64,000 nt of DNA from a virus (IMGVR_UViG_3300033273_000658:64001-128000), one strand, 5' to 3'; numbered from the stretch's first letter, positions 45,637 through 55,913 are shown. Numbers and translations: made by a program. The notes: generated from the sequence alone by a model not told the origin.

Positions 45637-46677
45637 ATGAAAAAAATTAGCTTTGATTTCGATAATACTATCGCAATGTCCTTTATGACATACATAAATG
45701 AAGAACCAATACCGGTTTTTCAATCCTATAATGACAAAATTATAAAAAAAATTAAGAAACATATCAAAAATGATGATGATATTTACATCGTAACTGCTAG
45801 AACCGAGGAATTGGAGCAGTATTTTCCCGATCAAACAGTAGAAAAACATCTTGAGAAGCTTGGTCTTAAAGATTATTTTTGGCCAGACAGAGTAATCTTT
45901 ACTGCTGCACAGCCAAAATCAGATATTTTGCATAATTTAGGTGTTGAAAAGCACTATGATGACTCAATTGAAGAACATTTTGACGGTCTTGATGCAAAAT
46001 ACGAGGTAATTCAGCCCTTGGATGACTTCAAAGACAGTGAAACAGTCGGAAAAGTATGTATTTTTGATGATAATGAGAAGATGTTGATACTACAAAGATC
46101 AGATGAAGGGCATTTATGGGACTTACCAGGTGGTCATCTTAAGAATGTTGAGATAGCTAGGGGTGAACAGGGCTACGAAGACGGCACAGAACGCGAAGTT
46201 TTCGAAGAAACAGGTATAATGGTGCCATTTATCAAGGAATTTATGGATTATGACTTCAATCATAAGGGTCTCGTACACAAAATTCACTTATATTTAAGCA
46301 AAATTGAAGGAAATGAGCCGCCTGTACGACTTGATTTGCAAGATCATATCGAAAACATCGACTATAAATGGGTTACAATCGAAGAATTAGAAGATTATAT
46401 GGGGAAAACAACGACAAATTTACGTAAAGCTTACGATATGATCTCAATTCAGGACGAAATCTTTGAACATACAGAGCCATATCAGCTAAAAATGAAGAAA
46501 AAACACCGAAACATGAAGAGAAAACTAGTTGGGTTTGGCAAAAATAAGCATTTTGGTGGTGGAAAAGGTCATTCTAGACCAAAAATGAGTCGTTCCAAGT
46601 CTGCTCCGCCGCCTTTTGGGGCAATGGGAGAGGGAAAAGAACCTAAAAAGATACTAAAAATAAGGAAAAAACGATGA
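45637..46677 (+). CDS. HAD-like phosphatase plus Nudix hydrolase fusion
   Basis: FDFDNT, VTAR, K, HYDD; LPGG..REVFEETG; basic tail. Confidence 0.8.
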   Translation: MKKISFDFDNTIAMSFMTYINEEPIPVFQSYNDKIIKKIKKHIKNDDDIYIVTARTEELEQYFPDQTVEKHLEKLGLKDYFWPDRVIFTAAQPKSDILHNLGVEKHYDDSIEEHFDGLDAKYEVIQPLDDFKDSETVGKVCIFDDNEKMLILQRSDEGHLWDLPGGHLKNVEIARGEQGYEDGTEREVFEETGIMVPFIKEFMDYDFNHKGLVHKIHLYLSKIEGNEPPVRLDLQDHIENIDYKWVTIEELEDYMGKTTTNLRKAYDMISIQDEIFEHTEPYQLKMKKKHRNMKRKLVGFGKNKHFGGGKGHSRPKMSRSKSAPPPFGAMGEGKEPKKILKIRKKR

Positions 46678-46985
46678 ATTTTGATGATTTTGAGCGTCCT
46701 TTGGACCCCGATGCAGAGCAATTAGCCCTTAAAATGCAGGCTTTTTTAAAATCAAAAAACGGTAATTTATTGCAACCTGTACGATTAAAAGGCAAAAAAG
46801 AGACTTACTATTGGTCTTTCATGAACAAAAAACATGAATTATTACATCCAAACTCGGAAATGTACTTACTGCCGTGGAAAGAAACAGAAAAAGGTGAATA
46901 CTATGTGTATTCTCCGTATACTTTTCAAAGCGGCAATGTATTTCTAGTTCCAAAAAATGAAATTATAGATTTGGGGTTTAATTAA
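46674..46985 (+). CDS. Hypothetical protein
   Basis: ATGA-coupled. Confidence 0.55.
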   Translation: MNFDDFERPLDPDAEQLALKMQAFLKSKNGNLLQPVRLKGKKETYYWSFMNKKHELLHPNSEMYLLPWKETEKGEYYVYSPYTFQSGNVFLVPKNEIIDLGFN

Positions 46986-47120
46986 TGTATTCTTTTATCT
47001 ATTTATGTATAGCATTAATGATTTTTCTAATCATTTATGTATTAATTGGGTTTGAATTGATGGTAGCGACTTTGTTGTTCTTGATTTTCTTATCTTTGAT
47101 AACAATAATAGGAATGTTAA

Positions 47121-47480
47121 ATGAAAATAAATGAATCTAAGTTAAAACAAATTATCAATGAAGAAATGATGATGCTTGACGATAAACATCATGACCATGA
47201 AATCGATGAAGAAGGCGGAATGGCCAAGTCTCAGCTCTATAACATAGCAAAATATGCTATTATGCTTCACGATGCGTTAGAAGACGAAGATCAACTAGAA
47301 GCATGGGTTCAAAGTAAAATTACAATTGCAAAAGAATACATTGGAAAAGTTAAGCATTATCTAGAATACGAAATGGGGCTTGAGTTGGAAGATCCTGAAT
47401 TAATGACCGATGAATATTCCGAAGATGAAAGCGAATATTATGAATTTGAAGATGATGACGAAGATCCAATGTATACATGA
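47121..47480 (+). CDS. Protein with KLKQIINEE leader
   Basis: Leader; MAKSQL..LEAWVQSKIT.A..Y helical domain. Confidence 0.65.
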   Translation: MKINESKLKQIINEEMMMLDDKHHDHEIDEEGGMAKSQLYNIAKYAIMLHDALEDEDQLEAWVQSKITIAKEYIGKVKHYLEYEMGLELEDPELMTDEYSEDESEYYEFEDDDEDPMYT

Positions 47481-47507
47481 CCAGATTGGCAGGATTAGGG
47501 TAATCGC

Positions 47508-49577
47508 ATGAAAATAAAAATTATCTCCACTCGTATGACAACTATGTCTGAGGGAAAAGACGAAAAAAATTGGATTAAAAAACAACCAGAACAGTTACAG
47601 CCTATTTGGAAAATGGCTAGTCAAAATAAGTTAAAAGTTTCAGACTTTAAATGGATTTTAAACAACAAACAAGAGCATCCATTGGAAGATGTTGTTGACG
47701 ATGTCATAAAATTCAAAAATCAAAAGATACAACAGATTTTGAAAAGTAATGATTTACCTTATAATTTAAAACAATACAAAAACGCCAATGATTTAAAACT
47801 AATTCTTTCTCAAATCGAACAAGTAGAAGAGGGAGAGATAAAATATGATGAAGTCTTAAAGGACCCTTCTCAAGTTAAATTTTTAAAAAAAGTTGGCAAT
47901 AGAGAAATTTTGTTAGCCTTAACTCAAAAAGGTTCTATCTCTTGTGACATCTCCGGGAAAGACACTACATGGTGTACGACAAAAAGGAAAGGTCAAAACT
48001 TATTTTACAGTTACATCGCTAAAGACATTATCTTGTTTTACATTATGGACTATTCTAGAACTCCTCAGTTCAAAACAAAAGCAACAAAAGATCAGCCAGA
48101 AATAACTGAAGACACTGATATGGATTCTAGACTATGTGTTGGATTTGCAAAAGGTAAGCCTATTTTGGATGGAAAAGCTGGTGGTGCTTCTGTTGATGCT
48201 GCCAATAATGGTTTGACAGAAAGGTCTTTACAAAAGTATTTTGGAGATGATTACAATGAAATAATGAATTTAATGTACAAAGAAGCAGAAAAAATTGGAA
48301 CAAATCATCCAGCCAAAGAAACAATAAAACAAGCTGGTACAAACATTTTAAAATTAAAAAAAATAATTAAAAATTATGGAGAAGAAGAAAAGATAGATCT
48401 TTTTTCTGTGATTGTACCTAAAAACAGACAAAACATAATAATCCCAAGAGAAAAAATAGACCCTAGGGTATTGGATTACATTATTAAGTCTATGGAAGGA
48501 TTTGAAACTAAATCGATTGGTATTAATTTTTTCACAAAGGTTACAACTGATTCAATAAAAGAATTAATCTTGATGGACTGCCCTCAACTACATTCTTCTA
48601 CTATTGATTTCTTGGTTAAAAAAGTAATCGAAAATCCTTCAGAAAAATTGAGAGGATTAACCCATAACGATACTGAGGTGACATTGTTAGCGAGAACCAA
48701 TAACATTTCTCCCAATAATATTAAAGGTCTTATAAATGTCTTTCAGGGAAAACACCGTTGGAGCGACTATAAGAGATTTTGTAAGGCTCTCGCTGGTAAT
48801 AAAAATGTTTCCTCTGACGTTTTGGAAGATCTTTATAGTGAAGGTTGGCACACAGTTCAACTGCGTTATAACGATGCCAAAGAGATGTATTCTGCCGAAG
48901 GGATAAAATTCTTAAAAAATTTAAGAAGTTTGGTTTTAGCAAACCCCAATGTTTCAGCTGACATTGTTGGTAAATTGAATTTTAGTAATGTTCATCAGGT
49001 AATAGAATATCTAAAAAATACAAATGCCAATCCAGAAGTATTAAAACAGATTTTTAAAAAATCTCTTGACAATACCACAGGTAACCAGCAATTTCTTTTC
49101 TTTTATGGTCTCGCTAGAAATAAGAATACACCTCATGAAATAATCAATCAAATTATAGAATTACAGCCAACACTAGGCATTCAAGTTTTACAAAATCCTA
49201 GTGTGCCAAAAGAAATTGTAGACTTAGTATATTATAAGATACCAGTAGAACAAAGGTATGAAATTGCTATTGAACGTACAATAAATGTTTATGCTTTATC
49301 TCTATTTGCCAAAGAAGAAGATGTAGATGACAGGGCTCTTGCTGCGGGTCGAAAAGAATTGCCGATAGAAATTATGAAAGAGCTAGTTAATGACCCAAGC
49401 AAAGAAGTCAGAGAAGAATTGCTATATAATGAAAATGTAACAAATGAAATCTTGAAAATACTATCACAAGATGAAGATGATGATATAAAAACTGTGGCTA
49501 TGCAATACCTTAAACAAAGAGGAATCCAAGAAAGTTTTGGACGGCTAGCAAAAAAATTTAAAAGGCTTTTAAAATGA
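47508..49577 (+). CDS. Large protein with WCT motif and leucine-rich-variant/HEAT-like repeats
   Basis: TTWCT; repeated LA.N.N.....L units; ELVNDPSKEVR. Confidence 0.6.
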   Translation: MKIKIISTRMTTMSEGKDEKNWIKKQPEQLQPIWKMASQNKLKVSDFKWILNNKQEHPLEDVVDDVIKFKNQKIQQILKSNDLPYNLKQYKNANDLKLILSQIEQVEEGEIKYDEVLKDPSQVKFLKKVGNREILLALTQKGSISCDISGKDTTWCTTKRKGQNLFYSYIAKDIILFYIMDYSRTPQFKTKATKDQPEITEDTDMDSRLCVGFAKGKPILDGKAGGASVDAANNGLTERSLQKYFGDDYNEIMNLMYKEAEKIGTNHPAKETIKQAGTNILKLKKIIKNYGEEEKIDLFSVIVPKNRQNIIIPREKIDPRVLDYIIKSMEGFETKSIGINFFTKVTTDSIKELILMDCPQLHSSTIDFLVKKVIENPSEKLRGLTHNDTEVTLLARTNNISPNNIKGLINVFQGKHRWSDYKRFCKALAGNKNVSSDVLEDLYSEGWHTVQLRYNDAKEMYSAEGIKFLKNLRSLVLANPNVSADIVGKLNFSNVHQVIEYLKNTNANPEVLKQIFKKSLDNTTGNQQFLFFYGLARNKNTPHEIINQIIELQPTLGIQVLQNPSVPKEIVDLVYYKIPVEQRYEIAIERTINVYALSLFAKEEDVDDRALAAGRKELPIEIMKELVNDPSKEVREELLYNENVTNEILKILSQDEDDDIKTVAMQYLKQRGIQESFGRLAKKFKRLLK

Positions 49578-49915
49578 AGACAGTTGATCATGTAGCGTTA
49601 CTAGTAGACGACCTTGATGTTGCTCAAGCTTGGTACGAAGAAAGACTTGAAGCAACTTGCGAGTATTCCACAGATTCTTACCGTAGAATGCGTTTTAATA
49701 ATACTACCCTTGCTCTCATAAGCAAACATCGTTACCCCTATGCTCACGTTGGAATTCTTACCGAATGTAAGGAAGATTTACCCCAAGATGGAGAAAGGGT
49801 AGAACACCGAGATGGAACGATTGGAGTTTATCAATTTGATCCGGATGGAAACTGTATTGAATACATTTGGTATAACGAAGAATGCAAGAAGACCGTTAGA
49901 AATGAAAACAAATAA
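49574..49915 (+). CDS. VOC/glyoxalase-family protein
   Basis: DHVALLVDDL..A..WY, HVG, DPDGNCIE. Confidence 0.85.
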   Translation: MKTVDHVALLVDDLDVAQAWYEERLEATCEYSTDSYRRMRFNNTTLALISKHRYPYAHVGILTECKEDLPQDGERVEHRDGTIGVYQFDPDGNCIEYIWYNEECKKTVRNENK

Positions 49916-50159
49916 CAAGCCATTTATGGAATCTTATAGAGACATGTTTGAAGTTGGAGACATAGTGTGGTGGAGCGAATGGGAAACTTTAGAAAACTAT
50001 GAATACAGATCACAAGTTCAGCATGGTGCTATTATAGAAATAAGAATAAAAAAAAATTTGTACAACGAAAGATCGGTTTATGTGGCAGAGGTTCTTCCTT
50101 TTGGCCAAACAAAAACTCGTGAACTTTCTCTTCATCTTCTAAACAAAAGGACTAATTAA
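49902..50159 (+). CDS. Small KOW/SH3-like protein
   Basis: FEVGDIVWW. Confidence 0.5.
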   Translation: MKTNNKPFMESYRDMFEVGDIVWWSEWETLENYEYRSQVQHGAIIEIRIKKNLYNERSVYVAEVLPFGQTKTRELSLHLLNKRTN

Positions 50160-50162
50160 TAC

Positions 50163-51194
50163 ATGAATAAATTTTTTAATATTAATAATAAATGTGGGAT
50201 GGATTTGTCTCAAACAGAAGAATTGTTCCATGATCTCGGACACTTTGCACAAAATCGATTTGGTTTCAAAAAACCACCTTCTCTTAATTTGGTATCAGAT
50301 GTAGAGAACGGTCAAAAACCTCTTGGAAAAACAGCATATTACGATCCACATGAAAGATGTGTTACGATCTACACAGACAATAGACACATCAAGGACATTC
50401 TAAGATCTCTTGCTCATGAACTAGTTCACCATATGCAAAATGAACTTGGCATGCTTGATGATGATGGTTATCACAGCCCTGGATATGCTCAAAAGAACAA
50501 GCAAATGAGAAACAGAGAAAGTGAAGCTTATGAAAAGGGAAACCTTTGCATGCGAGATTGGGAAGATCGCCTAAAACAATCAAAACCTACTATTTATAAC
50601 GAATGGAGAATTAAAACTATGTCTACTAAAAAATGGAAAAATAATGAACTTATGGAAAATGTAACCAGAAAGTTCGGATTCAAAATGGATCTCACTCAAC
50701 TTAATGAGGCTTCTTGTGGAAGCAAGAAAAAGTATGAAGAAGAATTAAAAGAAGAGAAGGAATGCCCTGAGTGTAAAGGCAAGGGTGACGAATGTAAGTG
50801 TCCTGATAAAAAAGAATTAAAAGAAGTTGATGAAGATGGTGACGGAAAACCTGCTCCACCAAAATGGTCTAAAAAAAGCAAAGATAAACCAAAAGAACCA
50901 CCAAAGTGGGCAGATGTAGATGATAATGATCCAAATGTTCAAGAATCCAAACTTCGAAAAGTCATAAGAAAAATTGTTCTCTCAGAGATGGCAAAAAAGA
51001 AACCTTTAGACGCTACAATGATTGACAGAATAAAAGACCCCAAAAAGGCTCAAAGATTAATCGATAAATATGAAGCGATTATCAAGAAAGAAGAAGATAA
51101 AACTGAATTTAAACACGGAGCTGCTGAGGATTATAAGAGAGCAGTTGATAATTTAAGAGTAGTATTAAGAGATCTTGAAAAGAAGGAAAAATAA
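50163..51194 (+). CDS. Zincin-like protein (HELVH) with charged C-terminal half; possible nested start at 50619
   Basis: TAYYDP, DILRSLAHELVHHMQ, ESEAY. Confidence 0.7.
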   Translation: MNKFFNINNKCGMDLSQTEELFHDLGHFAQNRFGFKKPPSLNLVSDVENGQKPLGKTAYYDPHERCVTIYTDNRHIKDILRSLAHELVHHMQNELGMLDDDGYHSPGYAQKNKQMRNRESEAYEKGNLCMRDWEDRLKQSKPTIYNEWRIKTMSTKKWKNNELMENVTRKFGFKMDLTQLNEASCGSKKKYEEELKEEKECPECKGKGDECKCPDKKELKEVDEDGDGKPAPPKWSKKSKDKPKEPPKWADVDDNDPNVQESKLRKVIRKIVLSEMAKKKPLDATMIDRIKDPKKAQRLIDKYEAIIKKEEDKTEFKHGAAEDYKRAVDNLRVVLRDLEKKEK

Positions 51195-52006
51195 TGAACA
51201 AAAACATTATTGAAATAAACAGTCTCCAAGAATTCTTGGATTTGGCCAAGGAAGAACAAATGACAGAAGAAGAAAAAGTACTAAGAGAATTTATTCGTAG
51301 AGAACTTATCAAAGAAATAAAAGCCGAAGAACAACAAGAATTTGAATTAAGAAAAATAATTCGTAATCTATTGAAAGAAGGTGACATCTCTGATATTCAT
51401 CCCCACAGATCAACTGCTATTAATGCTCTTGAAGATGTTCTTAAAAAAATGATTCCAACTCTTAGAAAAGATTATAAAAATCTTACTACAGATAAAACCC
51501 AAAGAGAATCCTTTCGTGCACACATTCTTAAGGCGATGTCTGACATTGTTGCACCTGCTATGAATAATGCTAAGTATGCATCTGGTGGTGCATTACTCTC
51601 TGAGCCTTCTAATCTTGGTGACTCAGAAAAGCCAGAAAGCAATGATGACGATGACCTAGATGCTGAACTACAGGCCTTAGAAGAAGTTGAAATTGACATT
51701 ACTGATGATGAAGATCCAATTGAAAAGCCTGAAGAAGATAAGAAGCTCAATGTTGAACCAGATGATGAACCTGATGAAAAAGAAGAGTTTGGAATCCAAG
51801 GTATGGATGAAACAGGAAGAAACATGGCATACACCACATTTAGAAAAGTTTCCCAATACATTCTAGACACATTTGATATGCTAGCTAACCCAAAAGATAA
51901 AGAAGTTTTCATTGACTACCTCCTGACTAATTCAAAACTATACTTCGATAAATTTGAAGATGAACTTCAGAATACAGTTCAAGAACCAGATTCTCCTGAA
52001 GCTTAA
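51194..52006 (+). CDS. Acidic late protein
   Basis: E..LR..IR..L..E helices. Confidence 0.6.
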   Translation: MNKNIIEINSLQEFLDLAKEEQMTEEEKVLREFIRRELIKEIKAEEQQEFELRKIIRNLLKEGDISDIHPHRSTAINALEDVLKKMIPTLRKDYKNLTTDKTQRESFRAHILKAMSDIVAPAMNNAKYASGGALLSEPSNLGDSEKPESNDDDDLDAELQALEEVEIDITDDEDPIEKPEEDKKLNVEPDDEPDEKEEFGIQGMDETGRNMAYTTFRKVSQYILDTFDMLANPKDKEVFIDYLLTNSKLYFDKFEDELQNTVQEPDSPEA

Positions 52007-52021
52007 TACAACAACAAATAT

Positions 52022-52050
52022 AATATAACATATCTAATCTTTATTGTCAA
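52022..52050 (-). promoter_or_regulatory. Antisense sigma70-type promoter
   Basis: Reverse complement TTGACA-17-TATATT with TG extended -10. Confidence 0.65.
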
Positions 52051-52129
52051 ATAATTTTATTAATATAATTTTAGATATATTAATTTTTTATATATAATAA
52101 TATTATATAATATATAACAATAAAATAAT

Positions 52130-52507
52130 ATGTGGAAAAAGAAATTAAGAGAATATAAAGGTAAGTTTGAAAACTACTCTATTAGAAAAAAACTGAATTA
52201 TGAAAAGAAGATTAATTCTAATTTCGAAACAATTCTTAATTCTCTAACACTGGAAGAAATAATAGCACTTAAATTAGAACTTGCTGCATCTCATGTAAAC
52301 CATAAATTGTATGGGTTTCCTATTATCAGGTCTATAAAATTTATTGTAAGAGAAGCAGTTGTTAAATTTGCTCTCTCAGCTACTAGAACTCCAAAAGATG
52401 CTGCTGGTGTATTGGGTATAACAGAAAGACAATTAAAAGAAGAAATACAAAGATTTCAAATAAATCCGAAAGAATGTAATTATGAAGTGTCAGAAGATAC
52501 TAATTAA
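52130..52507 (+). CDS. Protein with C-terminal Fis-type HTH
   Basis: FAL.......AAGVLGIT...L...I. Confidence 0.5.
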   Translation: MWKKKLREYKGKFENYSIRKKLNYEKKINSNFETILNSLTLEEIIALKLELAASHVNHKLYGFPIIRSIKFIVREAVVKFALSATRTPKDAAGVLGITERQLKEEIQRFQINPKECNYEVSEDTN

Positions 52508-52523
52508 TTTGAGGTATTTTACT

Positions 52524-53720
52524 ATGGAAGAAACTGAAGAAATCTTAGATGAAAAACGTGGCAAAAAAAGACACCACAAAAAGAAGGCTAAGAAAAAGGG
52601 TAAAACTGATGGAAAAAGTGCAAAGTCCAAAGGATACACTTTAAGAGATTGGTTTGATGAAGGAGGATGGGTACAAGCTGGGGGCAAGTATGATGGAAAA
52701 CCGTGTGCTAAACAACCCGGTCAAAAGACAAAACCTTTTTGTAGAGATCCTGACGATAGAGCTAAAATGAGCAAAAAAGAGAGAGAATCTCGTGCTAAGA
52801 AAAAAAGAAAAGAAGATCCAAATCCAAACAGAAAAGGGAAGGCTAAAAACGTGACTGCAAAAAACAAGAAAAAATCCAAGAAGAATGAAGATGTATTCAG
52901 ACTATCTAATGAAGAAATTAGAACAATTATTTCTGAAGAGCTTGAAAAGGTATTGGATGAAAAACGTGGTAAAAAAAGACATCACAAAAAGAAAGCTAAG
53001 AAAAAAGCCAAAAGAGATGCATGTTACCATAAAGTAAAAAGAAGATATAAGATCTGGCCTTCTGCTTATGCATCTGGTGCATTAACAAGATGCAGAAAAG
53101 TAGGTGCAAAGAATTGGGGTAACAAATCGAAAAAGAAGAAAAAATCTAAAAAAAATGAATCAATTTCTGAATCATTACAGTATCATTTAGACCATGGTGT
53201 AGGTGTTGATAAAAATGTCTTCAGACCAGGAAGTTCTGAGTTTTTTAATGTTTTTAGAGAAGCAAGACAGTTGTTTCGCGAAGGAGTGTATAAAATACAT
53301 TCAGAAAATGAAAAAGAAATTATTGAATCTGATCTCGGAGAATTTGGAATGTTTGGAGAACAAATGGTACCTCTTGATTTTCCAATGCTAATAGAACAAG
53401 ATGAAGATGAATTACTTGACGAAAAGAAACGTAGAAAGAAAAAAAAGAAGAAAGATCCTCCTTTAAATAAACCAACAAAAAACACCGGCGGAGGAAAAAA
53501 GTATAAAGTATATGTTAGATCAAAGTCTGGTGGTGTAAAAAAGATTACCTATGGTGATGCCAAAGGTGGCCTCAAAGGAAACTGGAACAACGCAGAAGCA
53601 AGAACGAATTTTGCAAAAAGACATAAGTGCGCTGATAAGAAAGATAGAACTAAAGCTGGATACTGGGCGTGTAGAGCTCACAAGCATTTTGGAAAGAATG
53701 TTCCCGGAAGGTTCTGGTAA
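52524..53720 (+). CDS. Lys-rich multi-module protein (putative virion-internal polyprotein)
   Basis: Start after GAGGT; LDE-K-rich repeats; modules LRDWF..WV..C, DACY.KVK.....PSAYASG, KKY.VYV..YG...RH.C..GYWAC. Confidence 0.65.
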   Translation: MEETEEILDEKRGKKRHHKKKAKKKGKTDGKSAKSKGYTLRDWFDEGGWVQAGGKYDGKPCAKQPGQKTKPFCRDPDDRAKMSKKERESRAKKKRKEDPNPNRKGKAKNVTAKNKKKSKKNEDVFRLSNEEIRTIISEELEKVLDEKRGKKRHHKKKAKKKAKRDACYHKVKRRYKIWPSAYASGALTRCRKVGAKNWGNKSKKKKKSKKNESISESLQYHLDHGVGVDKNVFRPGSSEFFNVFREARQLFREGVYKIHSENEKEIIESDLGEFGMFGEQMVPLDFPMLIEQDEDELLDEKKRRKKKKKKDPPLNKPTKNTGGGKKYKVYVRSKSGGVKKITYGDAKGGLKGNWNNAEARTNFAKRHKCADKKDRTKAGYWACRAHKHFGKNVPGRFW

Positions 53721-54274
53721 TGAAGTTTAGAATATTAATGGAAAATTGGAAAAAATTTGTTCTAAAAGAGAACGAAGATTTAGAAATACCTGAAATGGAA
53801 GATAATTTTCTTTACCATGGTACCAGTATTAAAAATGCAAAAGATATTGAAGAGGGAGGCTTAGAGCCAAGTTTCGGTCCTGTGGTTAAAGGAACAGAGG
53901 GATATGGTTACTACATGGATGATGATTATTATGATCCGTATTATAGAGTGGAAGGAACCTTGTTTTTTTCTGACGATATTGATACATGGAAATATGGCAG
54001 CTTAAGAGATGGAAAATTGTTAGGTGGCAACAATGTTGATGAAGCAGCACTGGTTATTGTAGAAAATAATGATTCCATTTATAGAATGCTTGAAGACGGC
54101 GTAGTTATTGATTACGAAGGCAATCAAGTTGATTATGTTGGAGATTTACCGGTAGATAAACTTCCTCCATTTATAGAAAGAAACGATTTTTTTTCAATTG
54201 AATGGCAACCGGCTGAAGATGTCTTGTACGGAGAACGATTAAAAGCATTTTTAAAAAAATATGGCAACCTCTAG
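53720..54274 (+). CDS. Putative ADP-ribosyltransferase-fold protein with xENWKKF leader
   Basis: LYHGTS......I...GL.P, LFFS. Confidence 0.5.
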   Translation: MKFRILMENWKKFVLKENEDLEIPEMEDNFLYHGTSIKNAKDIEEGGLEPSFGPVVKGTEGYGYYMDDDYYDPYYRVEGTLFFSDDIDTWKYGSLRDGKLLGGNNVDEAALVIVENNDSIYRMLEDGVVIDYEGNQVDYVGDLPVDKLPPFIERNDFFSIEWQPAEDVLYGERLKAFLKKYGNL

Positions 54275-54282
54275 AGTATAAG

Positions 54283-54552
54283 ATGGACTTCCCATTCACT
54301 GAAAAAAGAATATCAAAAAAAATTTTTTTGCGAGAGTTCAAAAGAGATGTTGTCTCCGATGAACTCATTTGGCACATGGATAGAGAAGATCGTTATGTTA
54401 AGGTTGTTTCCGGTAAAGGTTGGGAACTACAACTTGATAATAAATTGCCTACATTATTAAAAGAAAACACTATTTATTTCATACCAAAGTATACTTATCA
54501 CCGTATAATTAAAGGCGATACTGATTTAGTTGTGGAGATAGAAAAACTATGA
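54283..54552 (+). CDS. Cupin-like protein
   Basis: WHMD.EDR, IPK..YHRIIKG. Confidence 0.65.
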   Translation: MDFPFTEKRISKKIFLREFKRDVVSDELIWHMDREDRYVKVVSGKGWELQLDNKLPTLLKENTIYFIPKYTYHRIIKGDTDLVVEIEKL

Positions 54553-55283
54553 AACATAAACTTATTATGGAAAACTGGAGAAAATTTGTTATAACAGAAG
54601 CATGGGCTGGAGGAAAAGGCTTTGGCTCTCTTATAAAGCCTGTAATGTTCCCTGACATCGGTCAGCCCGGAGATCCTCTCCGTCATGTTGAGTCTGGTGG
54701 CGAACTTAAAGGTTGGGATAAATACGGACAATTGGTTGCCGAAGCATATCTAGCAGCACCAGACGAAAATTCTGCAGGATTGGAATCTTTTAATGCCCTT
54801 ATTCCGCACATTGACAATAACTTTAAAAGAATTGTCGGAAGAGACACAGAAGTTAATTTTGTACCGGAAGATCCGTATTCCTCTGCTGAAGAAATGTTAG
54901 ATGATTACAAGCAGAATAAAAAACTTGACATTACAACACAATTTAATCAAGGTGGTTTTTATGGCCCAGAGCGAAATCTCAAGTTCCGCGCTGTACATGA
55001 TTACTTTGCTCACATGAAAGCTGGAAAAAAAGATAAATTTAAGTTGCCTCGTTTTTCTTGGGAAGGAGAAATTAGAGCATACAATGAGCACATGCTTTTG
55101 GTTGGAAAACAAGCCAAGCTCCTGCCTGCTCTTTTCACTGAAATTATAGGACAAGCAGCAGTGTTCGGTTATACCGGAGCATTTCCAGATCAAAAAATTA
55201 TTGCAATACCGGGATTTGACTATGTTAACATCGGTGCTGTTGATGGTTATCAAATTATCGATGGAGATTTGGTGAAGGTATAA
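54549..55283 (+). CDS. Protein with xENWRKF leader and FRAVHDYFAH motif
   Basis: N..FRAVHD..H, GE..A...H, L.TE..GQ. Confidence 0.6.
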   Translation: MKHKLIMENWRKFVITEAWAGGKGFGSLIKPVMFPDIGQPGDPLRHVESGGELKGWDKYGQLVAEAYLAAPDENSAGLESFNALIPHIDNNFKRIVGRDTEVNFVPEDPYSSAEEMLDDYKQNKKLDITTQFNQGGFYGPERNLKFRAVHDYFAHMKAGKKDKFKLPRFSWEGEIRAYNEHMLLVGKQAKLLPALFTEIIGQAAVFGYTGAFPDQKIIAIPGFDYVNIGAVDGYQIIDGDLVKV

Positions 55284-55284
55284 C

Positions 55285-55866
55285 ATGTTAACTGCTATTG
55301 GCGATGTAATGAGAGAAGCCTACAAGAGAGGCTGGATAACAACTCGTGATGGAAACTGTTCTGTTCGTATGAGAAACAGACCATTTCTCTACATCACCCC
55401 TTCGGGTGTTAGGAAGACCATTATTCATCCAGAGAGTGTTGTAAAAATAAAAATAAAGGATGATGAGCTTCATTTTAATCCATCTCTCCGCCCATCAGGT
55501 GAATTATGGATGCATTGGAATCTTTTGAAAGATGCAACAAGTACCACATCAGTCCTTCACCTTCATCCTACGTACTGTGTTGCTGCAATGTACAAAGGTT
55601 GGCAGCTTAACGACATTGTTAAAGATTTTCCAGAGGTATTTCGTTATACCAGAACAGGACCTAATGTTCCAAAACTTGAAGCAACCTCACAAGATCTCGC
55701 AGATCAAACTTACCAGAAATTTTTAGGAAAAGATGGAAAGATAGCTTATGATATTGTAGGGCAAGAGTGTCATGGTGTAACAGCTATTGCAAAAAATCCA
55801 TGGGATGCTTTTGAGCACATAGAGAGATTAGAGCACATCTGTCAAATCGTTTTGGCGGCAAGTTAA
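55285..55866 (+). CDS. Class II aldolase/adducin-family protein
   Basis: DGNCS, ITPSG, PSGEL.MH, HLHP, HGV. Confidence 0.88.
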   Translation: MLTAIGDVMREAYKRGWITTRDGNCSVRMRNRPFLYITPSGVRKTIIHPESVVKIKIKDDELHFNPSLRPSGELWMHWNLLKDATSTTSVLHLHPTYCVAAMYKGWQLNDIVKDFPEVFRYTRTGPNVPKLEATSQDLADQTYQKFLGKDGKIAYDIVGQECHGVTAIAKNPWDAFEHIERLEHICQIVLAAS

Positions 55867-55884
55867 TTTTTTTTAAAAAAATTC

Positions 55885-55913
55885 TTGACACGCACCTTGG
55901 GGTATGTTATAAT
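55885..55913 (+). promoter_or_regulatory. sigma70-type promoter
   Basis: TTGACA-17-TATAAT. Confidence 0.85.
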
